Positions 37,435 to 46,123 of a stretch of 64,000 bases of DNA are shown piece by piece. Origin of the DNA: a virus; UHGV virus genome UHGV-1353844. One strand, written 5' to 3'. Under the pieces are notes generated by a model, which saw only the letters and a list, made by a program, of their open reading frames with translations, did no database searches and was not told where the DNA came from. The position numbers and the translations under genes are program-made. How positions within the stretch are numbered: the stretch's first letter is position 1; every line of letters begins with the position of its first letter.

Positions 37435-38043
37435 TTACGGCTGGTAGAGTTTGTAACCCATCTCCTGCCAGTTTTGGATATTTTTCGATTGCTCAACCCA
37501 AGCCTGGCCTGCATCTGACGCAACAACTTCCATCGTCAGTAAACAAATCAGATTGGTAACGGGAACACATTTCCCTGGTGTAACGTCATCCAAATACACC
37601 GGATACAGATATGGCGATTTGATGCTTTGGTACGGATAGGAATAATGTGTTCCTGCAACCCAACCTTCTTCCACTGGGCAGAGGTTAAAGGTACGCGTTT
37701 CTGGGATTTCCCCTTCAGAGATCCAATTTACAACGTCGGCCTTAATACGCCCGTTGTCGATGTAGTAGAACACAACACGTTGTGGGATACCTGCACCCCC
37801 GGTAGGGTCTATTGCTTCCAGCGCTTTAAACGGTGTGGTGTTCAACGTAGTACGGTTATCTAACGCGTACATTAGCTTTTCGTAAGCGGTTGGTGTTTTA
37901 CGTTCAAAATATGCTTTCAAACGCGGGTACGCTAAGAACCCTTCTACTTCTTCTTCCATCAAATCAATAAATAACGGAGAGTGTGGATTAGCTTCGTTTT
38001 GACGCATCGCTTCAATAAAACGAACCAAAGTAATTTCGTTCAT
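37435..38043 (-). CDS. Hypothetical protein (202 aa), monocistronic unit between two terminators
   Basis: ORF. Confidence 0.5.
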   Translation of the reverse strand: MNEITLVRFIEAMRQNEANPHSPLFIDLMEEEVEGFLAYPRLKAYFERKTPTAYEKLMYALDNRTTLNTTPFKALEAIDPTGGAGIPQRVVFYYIDNGRIKADVVNWISEGEIPETRTFNLCPVEEGWVAGTHYSYPYQSIKSPYLYPVYLDDVTPGKCVPVTNLICLLTMEVVASDAGQAWVEQSKNIQNWQEMGYKLYQP

Positions 38044-38070
38044 GTTTCAGTTTCCTTGGGCAAAAAAGAA

Positions 38071-38089
38071 GCCCCGTACACAGCGGGGC
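38071..38089 (-). terminator. Terminator hairpin (GCCCCG-loop-CGGGGC) with A-tract
   Basis: After end of gene at 38098; coordinates approximate. Confidence 0.5.
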
Positions 38090-38097
38090 CGGGCTAA

Positions 38098-38574
38098 TCA
38101 CAGCCCTAAGTGCGTGAGTGATAAGATAGGCTGTGAGACACCCTGGATAGTAGCGTGGGAACGATACATTTCAGCGTTGGTTGAGAATACCTCGTTAGCG
38201 ATAATGCATTCACCCGTCTCTAAAGATAGGAGATAAATGTAATCGCTCCATACGCTTTGTACCAAGACCCACTCTAAGGATGGACCACAGTCTGATGTTG
38301 CTTGCAAATAGTGGAAATAAGGACGTATCGCATCCACCGCCGCATTAAAGCGACGATGATAAATTCGAGTTAAGTCAAACGACCAAATTGTTTCCAGATC
38401 AATAGGGCGTAAAGTACGCACGGTTTTGATAATAGTTTCCTGGTCGTTGTGTCGTGCTGCATCAGCAATCAATAACAGTTTCCAAGCCACCGTTAAGTTG
38501 TGGCGAATATACTCAGGCTTAGCCGTCAGTTCGTGATGGAATTGGGCCGCTTGATAAACATTAGATAAACGCAT
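38098..38574 (-). CDS. Hypothetical protein (158 aa), monocistronic unit between two terminators
   Basis: ORF with TAAAGGAG RBS. Confidence 0.5.
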   Translation of the reverse strand: MRLSNVYQAAQFHHELTAKPEYIRHNLTVAWKLLLIADAARHNDQETIIKTVRTLRPIDLETIWSFDLTRIYHRRFNAAVDAIRPYFHYLQATSDCGPSLEWVLVQSVWSDYIYLLSLETGECIIANEVFSTNAEMYRSHATIQGVSQPILSLTHLGL

Positions 38575-38611
38575 TTTTAATTCTCCTTTAGGTAAAACAG
38601 GTCGTAAAAAG

Positions 38612-38642
38612 GACCCCGGACGAATCGGAACGAACCGGGGTC
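38612..38642 (-). terminator. Terminator hairpin (GACCCCGG-loop-CCGGGGTC) with A-tract
   Basis: After end of gene at 38654; coordinates approximate. Confidence 0.5.
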
Positions 38643-38653
38643 AAGACTACACA

Positions 38654-39043
38654 TCAGTAATCTAATTCGATAGCGCCTAGCATCTCACCGCGTTCTTCGA
38701 TGACGATAAGATGACGGTCACGTGATTTGCTTTTCGCAAGCGTTAGTACAACTGTGGGGTCACACGTTTTGGTCGTTACAGGAAGCACCTCTTTTGCTAC
38801 AGCGTCAAGTACGAAATAATAACCCGCAGGGCAGGTTGTTCCGCCGTCTGCTTTTACGAGTATATAGCGTCCATCTGCGCCAACTTCTTGGCACTCGCCT
38901 GCATCGCCTTCGCAGACTTCAAAACCCGGTGGGTTGTAGTGATAGTCTGTGTTCGTTGCCGGGGTAAGTAATAAATCGTCGATGTGTGTAGAAGCCATAA
39001 CTCCGATTGAGAAAAACGCCAACAAAGCGCAGATAAGACGCAT
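38654..39043 (-). CDS. Secreted small protein (129 aa) with signal peptide and several Cys
   Basis: MRLICALLAFFSIGVMAS signal-like N-terminus; CEGDAGECQ, CPAGYY, KTCDP. Confidence 0.5.
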   Translation of the reverse strand: MRLICALLAFFSIGVMASTHIDDLLLTPATNTDYHYNPPGFEVCEGDAGECQEVGADGRYILVKADGGTTCPAGYYFVLDAVAKEVLPVTTKTCDPTVVLTLAKSKSRDRHLIVIEERGEMLGAIELDY

Positions 39044-39053
39044 GGTTTACTCC

Positions 39054-39464
39054 TTAGATTTTAAGTTTGTCCTGAGCGACAACGATGGGTGCTCCAGAGG
39101 TGTCGATAACACCTACAGTCGGCACACCATTTTTGATTTTGAAGAACGGTTTGTTTTCGCCTGAACACAGTTGGTTGTCTTTGTATTCAATTTTCTGTGC
39201 TTTCCAAGTTTCCAGATTGAGCACCGACATAGGGCTGTCGTAGCACCAGGCACCGCCTTGCTCAACAACGAAAACATACCTGTTACCTTTGTATTCAAAC
39301 AAATTCTTTGTCTGGCAATACAGACCGTCAATTTCTGTGCAGTAGAATTCGTCGGTACTGTTGACGTATTTGATACCCGCCGGTAGTTTTACTGTTTTTG
39401 CTGCTACGTTAAGAGAGAACAGAACAGTTACAGCAACGAGTAAAGTTTTGATAAACGTTTTCAT
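39054..39464 (-). CDS. Secreted small protein (136 aa) with signal peptide and 4 Cys
   Basis: MKTFIKTLLVAVTVLFSLNVAA. Confidence 0.5.
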   Translation of the reverse strand: MKTFIKTLLVAVTVLFSLNVAAKTVKLPAGIKYVNSTDEFYCTEIDGLYCQTKNLFEYKGNRYVFVVEQGGAWCYDSPMSVLNLETWKAQKIEYKDNQLCSGENKPFFKIKNGVPTVGVIDTSGAPIVVAQDKLKI

Positions 39465-39479
39465 GACAGACTCCTTAAA

Positions 39480-39962
39480 TTAGTTAACCGCAGCTACGTA
39501 TTTCTTAACCAGATAGGCGAATTCATTAACGCCGATATCGCCAAACCAAACCAGATAACCTGGGTCGACGTTGTAATAGTAACCTACTACGACATGGGTC
39601 TGAGGGTTATAAAGCGTCGTGATGTATTCCCAACCACAAGCATTGCTTTTGCAAGCGGTAGACTCAAGCCAGACTTTGCCGTTGATTTGCACGGGAATAA
39701 CATCGCCGCCAGGACCATTCATTACACCATCTTTACCGAATAATCCGTCTAGTCCGACCGGTTTCAACGCTTTATCGATTGCGGCTTTATAAGTCGCATC
39801 GTCAGTATAGAGTGTGTTGATATCAGGACACGCTCCAGGTTGTTCAGCCCAGGCTTCCGGGTTACAGCTAAGTGCTTGTTTTACGGTAGCCGCTTCTGCG
39901 TTAAAGGTAAAGCCTGTGAACAGAATAGCCACGAAGAACATCAGGGTATGTAAACGTTTCAT
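39480..39962 (-). CDS. Secreted small protein (160 aa) with signal peptide and 4 Cys
   Basis: MKRLHTLMFFVAILFTGFTFNAEA. Confidence 0.5.
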   Translation of the reverse strand: MKRLHTLMFFVAILFTGFTFNAEAATVKQALSCNPEAWAEQPGACPDINTLYTDDATYKAAIDKALKPVGLDGLFGKDGVMNGPGGDVIPVQINGKVWLESTACKSNACGWEYITTLYNPQTHVVVGYYYNVDPGYLVWFGDIGVNEFAYLVKKYVAAVN

Positions 39963-39980
39963 TGTAAATTCTCCATTAAA

Positions 39981-40373
39981 TTATTCAGCGCTACGATTTA
40001 AAGTAATACGGCCAATCAGTTCTGCATTATGGAAGAAGTCCACAGCAGTATAGTTTCCGACCTCTAACGGATGAATACTGACCGACATGACTTTTGGTTG
40101 TTCGCAGGCGATATCCGTCAGACGTTGGTAGACTTGTGCACGGGTGTCGGCAATGAGTAATCCGGTACACGTTTCACCGCGTACTAAGCGATAAACTTGC
40201 AGTTTACCGAAACTGCGCATTAACGTAGGTGACTCGTCCGGGTTGATAATGGGTGAGTCAGGAGCCGGTTCGTAATGGCGGACGTCCGAATCGCCGAAAG
40301 CATAAGTGCCAGTAATACCGATTGCACAGAAAATAATGATGGTATAAAGTATAGTTCTGATATTCATTTTCAC
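39981..40373 (-). CDS. Secreted small protein (130 aa) with signal peptide
   Basis: MKMNIRTILYTIIIFCAIGITGTYA. Confidence 0.5.
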   Translation of the reverse strand: MKMNIRTILYTIIIFCAIGITGTYAFGDSDVRHYEPAPDSPIINPDESPTLMRSFGKLQVYRLVRGETCTGLLIADTRAQVYQRLTDIACEQPKVMSVSIHPLEVGNYTAVDFFHNAELIGRITLNRSAE

Positions 40374-40395
40374 GCACTCTAAAAAAGATTATTAG

Positions 40396-40857
40396 TTATT
40401 TGTTAGGACGGGTGTGTCCACAGTTCTGGAAGAAAGTTTCAGATAAACGATCGCCTTCTACGGTAAAGTTAGCGGCATCGTTACCATTGATACTCACACT
40501 GAAAGTTTTGGCATTACCGATAGCATTAACGAAAGCAACCCAAGCGAGTTCTGCTTTGTCACTACCGTCCACGGTAGGGATGTTATAGGTTTTGCCGTTT
40601 ACGACAATATCCATCGTGTTATCTTCAGCGTTAGTTGCACCTACGGGTTCCCCGTAATACCAAACCATCCGACCGTAAAATTTGCGATTCGCAGTTTCAG
40701 TGTCACAGTTGATAGACAGTCCGTTTCCGGCGGTGTCTTCGATTTCGTAAACTACCTGGCCAGGGTTTTGTATTTGTTCCCAGCTATTGATAGCGGCGTG
40801 TGCGCTATTGAGGCCGAAAGTTAAAATGGTTATTAAGAATGTGGTAAAGGTTTTCAT
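40396..40857 (-). CDS. Secreted small protein (153 aa from ATG at 40857; track start 40899)
   Basis: MKTFTTFLITILTFGLNSAHA signal-like N-terminus; AGGAG RBS 7 nt upstream. Confidence 0.5.
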   Translation of the reverse strand: MKTFTTFLITILTFGLNSAHAAINSWEQIQNPGQVVYEIEDTAGNGLSINCDTETANRKFYGRMVWYYGEPVGATNAEDNTMDIVVNGKTYNIPTVDGSDKAELAWVAFVNAIGNAKTFSVSINGNDAANFTVEGDRLSETFFQNCGHTRPNK

Positions 40858-40903
40858 TGAAATGCTCCTTCGGGTTATGGGGAAGTTCCCACAAAACATG
40901 AAA

Positions 40904-41275
40904 TTAAATAACTGTGTTGGGGAATGCTTTAATCTGCGTATAGCTATCTCCGATACCTCTTATCATCTCCAGACGTTCTTCTGTAGAAAGGCTTTGGTTA
41001 ATGTCTTTGTCAAGATTGAACAGTGTCAAGAGTTTTGCAATTGCAACCGTCAGGTTGTCGGACAGCTGGTTGTTTTTACGCCATTCTTCGTTACGGAAAA
41101 TAGAGATAAGGTCTTTCACCTGGCCTTCAGCGTGTGGTTTGGCTAACTGCGCGTCACGCTGTTCGATAAGGTATGCTTCGTTGGCAAGTAAACGTTTCAG
41201 GTCTTCTGGGTTAGTGGCAGCGCGAGTAACGATCAGTAATACAACAAACGGGTCTTTGAACAATTCGCTTTTCAT
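40904..41275 (-). CDS. Hypothetical cytoplasmic protein (123 aa), first gene of the secreted-protein operon
   Basis: ORF with TTTTAGGAG RBS. Confidence 0.5.
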   Translation of the reverse strand: MKSELFKDPFVVLLIVTRAATNPEDLKRLLANEAYLIEQRDAQLAKPHAEGQVKDLISIFRNEEWRKNNQLSDNLTVAIAKLLTLFNLDKDINQSLSTEERLEMIRGIGDSYTQIKAFPNTVI

Positions 41276-41377
41276 CGTTAATACTCCTAAAATGGTTTTA
41301 GTTAAGTGAGAGCTTTTGTACTCTCACCTAAGTAATATATATCTGAGATTATTTTTAATGTTAGAGAACAAAAAAAA

Positions 41378-41397
41378 GGTGGGGTTTACACCCCACC
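41378..41397 (-). terminator. Terminator hairpin (GGTGGGGT-TTACA-CCCCACC) after an A8 tract
   Basis: After end of gene at 41402; coordinates approximate. Confidence 0.55.
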
Positions 41398-41401
41398 GTT
41401 G

Positions 41402-41980
41402 TTAAACGTCGAATCGATACTGACGAGAATTGATTAAGAATTCTGTATTCAGTTCGATCCATTCGAGCAGGTCACCCAATTGTAAACGGCTTGGGTTTTC
41501 TATCTCGATAGTGGCAACCGGATAAGAGTTTACTAATTCCGTAATTGCCTCGATACCTTCTTGCGTTCCATCGTCTTCTAAGGTAATTATAAACGGCATA
41601 TCGGTACGCTCTGCGTTCGGGTTATACAGACTGACTTTCGTTGCCTGTACAAACGCCGAGTAATCGTCACGTATGATCCTAACGTCAGGCGATAACGTTA
41701 CCCAGAGGTGTTGTCCCGGTTGGAGTTTACGTTTTGCGTAGTTTAAGAACGGATTAGCCGGTAAGTTTTCCAAACCACTGCAAATGTTCCGTAAATGAAT
41801 TCCTCGCGGATCTTTATAGTCCACAGTGAAAATTCCTACCGGCTCACGGTCTGCCTGTTTTACCAGAAAGGCCAATACCGTGTCCGCTCTCTCTGGTAAG
41901 GAAAGCTCTATTCCCTCAAGCTCCCCATCGACGAGGTTTTCCAACCAAACGTCTTTTCTCATTTCTATTAATCGGTACAC
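41402..41980 (-). CDS. Hypothetical protein (192 aa)
   Basis: ORF. Confidence 0.5.
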   Translation of the reverse strand: MYRLIEMRKDVWLENLVDGELEGIELSLPERADTVLAFLVKQADREPVGIFTVDYKDPRGIHLRNICSGLENLPANPFLNYAKRKLQPGQHLWVTLSPDVRIIRDDYSAFVQATKVSLYNPNAERTDMPFIITLEDDGTQEGIEAITELVNSYPVATIEIENPSRLQLGDLLEWIELNTEFLINSRQYRFDV

Positions 41981-41992
41981 GGTACCACCTCT

Positions 41993-42766
41993 TTAGTTAT
42001 TGAGATTTACATCTGCGATAAACAGCAATTGTTTGCCGTGCTGCTGTACTTCTTTCCAACCTAACTTCATAGCAGTATCAACAACATCAACCATGCTGTA
42101 ACGGGACATCAAAGATTCTGATTTTGTTCCTGACATTAAGTAAAGTGGCTCATTAGGGCTACGGTCACGTGCGTCAGGAAGTTCACGTACGACTGCCGAG
42201 CCTTCGGGTGCGGTAACAACATGAATCACGGTAAATGGCCTCTTGTGCGTTAAATAGATACGAAATCCAACGTGTTCAGATTCATGAAAGATTTTCTTCA
42301 CAATCACATCTTTCAGTGTTGTTTGAACATCAGCCCCAGGCGATATCATAGACTTGCTGGAAACGAAGCAACGACTATTTTCAATCGTGGAGAAATAATT
42401 ACGTATCGGCAAACTGGCGTTATGATCGCGCAGTTTTTTGCTCAGTAGATCGAAGTTCAGTTCTTTAACTTTTTCTAACCACTCTTTGGCCTGTTGAATG
42501 TAATAACTACCAACAGCGCGATAAGTTAATACTTTACCTGTGCTCACTTTCCAAAGCTTGATGGTTAGTGAGTTTGGCTTATAGCGACGATACTCACCCC
42601 GCGTATGGTTGATGCGCTCGTAGCGCTCTACATCGTTAATCGGTGCAGATTCGACCGATTGTAATTGCAACGTTCGATCTAGTCTATCGGCAAATAGTAG
42701 CGACGTTAGCGGGCCTTCGATCATATACGGTTCGGTTTTAAAGATATCGTCTAAATGGACTTTCAT
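41993..42766 (-). CDS. Hypothetical protein (257 aa); member of a family with conserved C-terminal GWKxV...GxQLLFxAD motif
   Basis: C-terminus KLGWKEVQQHGKQLLFIADVNLNN. Confidence 0.5.
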   Translation of the reverse strand: MKVHLDDIFKTEPYMIEGPLTSLLFADRLDRTLQLQSVESAPINDVERYERINHTRGEYRRYKPNSLTIKLWKVSTGKVLTYRAVGSYYIQQAKEWLEKVKELNFDLLSKKLRDHNASLPIRNYFSTIENSRCFVSSKSMISPGADVQTTLKDVIVKKIFHESEHVGFRIYLTHKRPFTVIHVVTAPEGSAVVRELPDARDRSPNEPLYLMSGTKSESLMSRYSMVDVVDTAMKLGWKEVQQHGKQLLFIADVNLNN

Positions 42767-42788
42767 TTCTATTTCCTTCTTAACAAAA

Positions 42789-42807
42789 GCCGCGACTAAA
42801 GCGCGGC
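42789..42807 (-). terminator. Terminator hairpin (GCCGCG-ACTAAA-GCGCGGC)
   Basis: After end of gene at 42834; coordinates approximate. Confidence 0.45.
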
Positions 42808-42833
42808 AGTTAGAGAAAGTGTATTTTCACTTA

Positions 42834-43985
42834 TTAAAGGTCAGCAACAAACAGCAGCTGACTGCCGTACGGTTCGACAGATTTCCAACCGTAATCTTTA
42901 CCGATCGTCGTTAAATGGCCGGTATTTAACTTTTTGTCAACCATCCGCAGACGCATCATTAGCGTATTGGATTCTGCCGCATCGAGTAACAACGCAGGTT
43001 CTTTTTCAGTGCGGTCATCCGCTTTCGGGAAGAAACTGTAATATTGACTTTTGGGCAGATCGATTGACAACGTATAATTTTTCTTTGTAACGAATAACGC
43101 CATCCCTTCGAAATTGCAATCGAAACGATATTCCCAACCCGCTTCTGCTAAAACGTCTTTTAGCATTTCCATGACTTTAAGCTGGTTAACGCTGGGCAGT
43201 CGGTAGATTGCAAGACCACTTGGGAAAATGCGTATACCGTCGACGACACTATCGGTGGTCTCGTCAATAAGTTCAGGATAGCGTTGTGAGAAAATGTGTT
43301 CGCTCTTGCTTTTCTCTTCGACGTCACGAATGAATTGGGCTAATTCGTCTCTTAAGGCAGACATTTGATTTTCTCCTTTGTCTTCAATAATCAGGTGGGG
43401 TTCGCCGCTAATTAAAATGTGGTAAACGAGATCGTCGGTAGAACGGTAAGTGAGCTTGATAGCTTTATCACTTAACATTTCGTAGCGGAAGAAACTTTCG
43501 TACCAGGTCGAGCCGAAATCGTTTCGTGTGAGTTCCTGCTCAACTTTGATGGTTTTTGCTTCAAAACCAATTAACCCACTTAATAACGCGAGTTCTGGTT
43601 TAGTTAAAATAGCTGCACCGTGAAAGGACACTTGCTCAAGCTGAAAACATAAACTACTGACTTTACCGCTTGGGAAGACCTTAAACATAATCTTCCGGCC
43701 GCTACTCTTTTCTCTAACAACGAGTTTACGGTAATTTAGTCCAGAATTTGTGTAAACCTCGAACTGGTAACCTTCAATTTCTTCATCGTAAGTACAGACA
43801 TCGACAGGCGCGATAATCTCATCGTATTCACTCAGTACACAGCAGCCCAAGTTATAACCAAACAACTCGCGTTGTAATGAAGACTCGATGGTTAAGCTTG
43901 GCAGAGGCCAAGTCTGATTATAGCATCTGTCCATCAGTTCTTTTAGGATCTTGACATGTCCTGGTTTAGAAATAATATTTCGCAT
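42834..43985 (-). CDS. Hypothetical protein (383 aa); same C-terminal motif family
   Basis: C-terminus KDYGWKSVEPYGSQLLFVADL. Confidence 0.5.
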   Translation of the reverse strand: MRNIISKPGHVKILKELMDRCYNQTWPLPSLTIESSLQRELFGYNLGCCVLSEYDEIIAPVDVCTYDEEIEGYQFEVYTNSGLNYRKLVVREKSSGRKIMFKVFPSGKVSSLCFQLEQVSFHGAAILTKPELALLSGLIGFEAKTIKVEQELTRNDFGSTWYESFFRYEMLSDKAIKLTYRSTDDLVYHILISGEPHLIIEDKGENQMSALRDELAQFIRDVEEKSKSEHIFSQRYPELIDETTDSVVDGIRIFPSGLAIYRLPSVNQLKVMEMLKDVLAEAGWEYRFDCNFEGMALFVTKKNYTLSIDLPKSQYYSFFPKADDRTEKEPALLLDAAESNTLMMRLRMVDKKLNTGHLTTIGKDYGWKSVEPYGSQLLFVADL

Positions 43986-44014
43986 TTTTACTCTCCTTTA
44001 GGGTTGTTCGTTAC

Positions 44015-44572
44015 TTAAACGTTATAAGCTAAGAACAACAGTTGCTGACCGAGTTTGCGCACTGTATGCCAACCGTGTGCTTTTGCTGTCCCTACCAATG
44101 TTTCCCAGTCATCAATATCACAACCGTCCTTTTTCAGTTCTGTAAGTAGTGCCTCTGCTTCTTTATCTGTTAGTAGTATTCCTGGGTTACTTAACGTACA
44201 CGTAAGTGGGTTAGGGAAATATGCGTAGCGTCTTGCGAAAGTAAAGTTCACGAGATAACGTGCATCTCCTCTGTCTAGAAGGGTAATAACATTGCCACCG
44301 TAGAACGCACTCGTTACTTTCCATCCGGTACCGGAAAACAGATGACGGAATATTTCGGTAAAACTATCTCCGACACTATGATAATTAAGTCGTGAGAAAC
44401 GGCGTTCCCAAACCACAGCATCTCCATCAAATTCTTCAACTTGAAGACCGGTAATCATTGTACCTGGCCGGATAACGTTAGACTGTATAACGCAAGGATA
44501 ATCAAGTTGGTGTTTACCTGCACCCAGCTTAACAAACTCAATAGCTTGTTGTTTCATTTCGATAGTAATCAT
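44015..44572 (-). CDS. Hypothetical protein (185 aa); same C-terminal motif family
   Basis: C-terminus KAHGWHTVRKLGQQLLFLAYNV. Confidence 0.5.
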   Translation of the reverse strand: MITIEMKQQAIEFVKLGAGKHQLDYPCVIQSNVIRPGTMITGLQVEEFDGDAVVWERRFSRLNYHSVGDSFTEIFRHLFSGTGWKVTSAFYGGNVITLLDRGDARYLVNFTFARRYAYFPNPLTCTLSNPGILLTDKEAEALLTELKKDGCDIDDWETLVGTAKAHGWHTVRKLGQQLLFLAYNV

Positions 44573-44748
44573 GATATATTCTCCTAAAATGGAATAAGGG
44601 AGTCACTACGTTCCTCTGGGAAGAGTATGTCGGTATACTACGTATACCTCCGCTATTTATATCCGTATACATATTGCCCCCTACCCCCTACCGGTATCCC
44701 GAGTAGCAGAATAAAGGGACAATCTGTAAATTTTAAGTAATACTATGA

Positions 44749-44826
44749 TTACCGAGGAATAGCCGGGTTGTAGCGTTTGAACAGTACGATGACTTCGTCC
44801 AATCCGCTTTTCTTCTCAGTAGACAT
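44749..44826 (-). CDS. Possible tiny ORF (25 aa, MSTEKKSGLDEVIVLFKRYNPAIPR) in a long intergenic region
   Basis: AGGAG RBS 8 nt upstream of ATG; otherwise unsupported. Confidence 0.15.
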   Translation of the reverse strand: MSTEKKSGLDEVIVLFKRYNPAIPR

Positions 44827-44878
44827 TGGTCTGTCTCCTAATCACATGGTAACTCCGTTTCGAAAGAAACGTGCCCAT

Positions 44879-44905
44879 AGGGGCTGAAGTGCGAGTTCAG
44901 CCCCT
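44879..44905. other. Perfect 10-bp inverted repeat (AGGGGCTGAA-GTGCGAG-TTCAGCCCCT) in divergent intergenic region
   Basis: Seen directly; function unknown (terminator or regulatory stem-loop); coordinates approximate. Confidence 0.4.
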
Positions 44906-44958
44906 ATTCACTTAAGTAAAATATATCTGAATTCATTTCCGATCTAAGGAACGACCTA

Positions 44959-45924
44959 ATGGAGAAATCCAGCGTTGACTTTTTCTCGATTGGTATCGTC
45001 GCGGAAGACAAACCCCGTGGTACAGATCGGGTAAAAGTGATACCAATTGAAACCAACTTTGCGAACCCTACCGTTGTACAATCAGTTTCCTCAACCGCTG
45101 AAAAGGTACACGATACTGGGGGTGCTATCGACAACCTAACGATTAAAACCGGTAACACGATTACTGCAAAGTGGTGGAAATTTAATTCCAACCGAATTAA
45201 TTCCCCAGACGTTAAGCGAGAAGATTACGTTATCTTGCTACGTCTAGGGCAAACTGATATTTATTTTTGGATTGATTTGAATTTCGCTAACGTTAAGCGA
45301 TTAGAGGATGCGGTTTACGCGTGGTCGGCTGACCCGGAAAACCAGATGGCGGATGACTTGTCGAACGCGTATGTGTTAAACGTCTCAACGATTGACAAAC
45401 ACGTTACCCTAAGAACAAGTATGGTGAATGGGGAGAAAGCGGCGTGGTTATTCCAATTCGATAACGCTAACGGGTCGTGGCAGTGCGTTGACCATAAAGG
45501 GAATAAGTATTACATTAACTCGGTGGAAGACGATTTAGGTTTTGAGAACGCGATGCTCTCGAAAGTGAACATCAACAAAGAAGATGCGTTCATTTACGCA
45601 AAACGTTCGATTAACCTGGAAACGAAAACGATTAATGAGAAATGCGAAGTTCGGAATACCGAAGCGTCGAAATCGGTTACCTTTAAAACAGAAACCTGGC
45701 TAACTGAAGCTTCTGGTTCAACAACGTATAAAACGCCGAACTTTAAGCAAGAAGGTAACGAAGCGATGTTCACCGGTAATTTGGAAGTTGCTAAGAACTT
45801 CAAATACGGTGGTACGGGCGAAGGCGTGGGTATCTTTACGGTTAAGGATGCGGTGATTTCCGGTATTACCTTCAGCGTACACATCCACGACGGCGTCCAT
45901 GGCCCAACTTCAGGCCCACGCTGA
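44959..45924 (+). CDS. Hypothetical protein (321 aa) with C-terminal His-rich SVHIHDGVHGP segment; possibly a tail or spike-associated protein
   Basis: ORF with AAGGA RBS, first gene of the + strand block. Confidence 0.5.
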   Translation: MEKSSVDFFSIGIVAEDKPRGTDRVKVIPIETNFANPTVVQSVSSTAEKVHDTGGAIDNLTIKTGNTITAKWWKFNSNRINSPDVKREDYVILLRLGQTDIYFWIDLNFANVKRLEDAVYAWSADPENQMADDLSNAYVLNVSTIDKHVTLRTSMVNGEKAAWLFQFDNANGSWQCVDHKGNKYYINSVEDDLGFENAMLSKVNINKEDAFIYAKRSINLETKTINEKCEVRNTEASKSVTFKTETWLTEASGSTTYKTPNFKQEGNEAMFTGNLEVAKNFKYGGTGEGVGIFTVKDAVISGITFSVHIHDGVHGPTSGPR

Positions 45925-46043
45925 TTTCCCCTTTTTCTTACGCTGGTATTATATATTGTGACCTGACGTTGGTAAGCTTCTTATCAACACTTTTCTTAAA
46001 CCTCATCGTTTAGTTAAGCAGGCCACTTTTTTCGCGCACTCAC

Positions 46044-46063
46044 TCCTCCCTTCGGGGAGGAGC
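46044..46063 (+). terminator. Hairpin (CTCCTCCC-TTCG-GGGAGGAG) about 120 nt downstream of the 321-aa gene
   Basis: GNRA-like TTCG loop; weak T-tract; coordinates approximate. Confidence 0.35.
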
Positions 46064-46123
46064 TATCTTATGCTTTGGTTGTAACACGATACAGTCCTTC
46101 CTTTCTTTAACTGGAGAGTAGCT

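Noticed and set aside
44904-45191. 95-aa minus-strand ORF spanning the intergenic region and the 5' end of the 321-aa gene
   Set aside because: Overlaps the RBS and first about 230 nt of a well-supported + strand gene; no RBS of its own.
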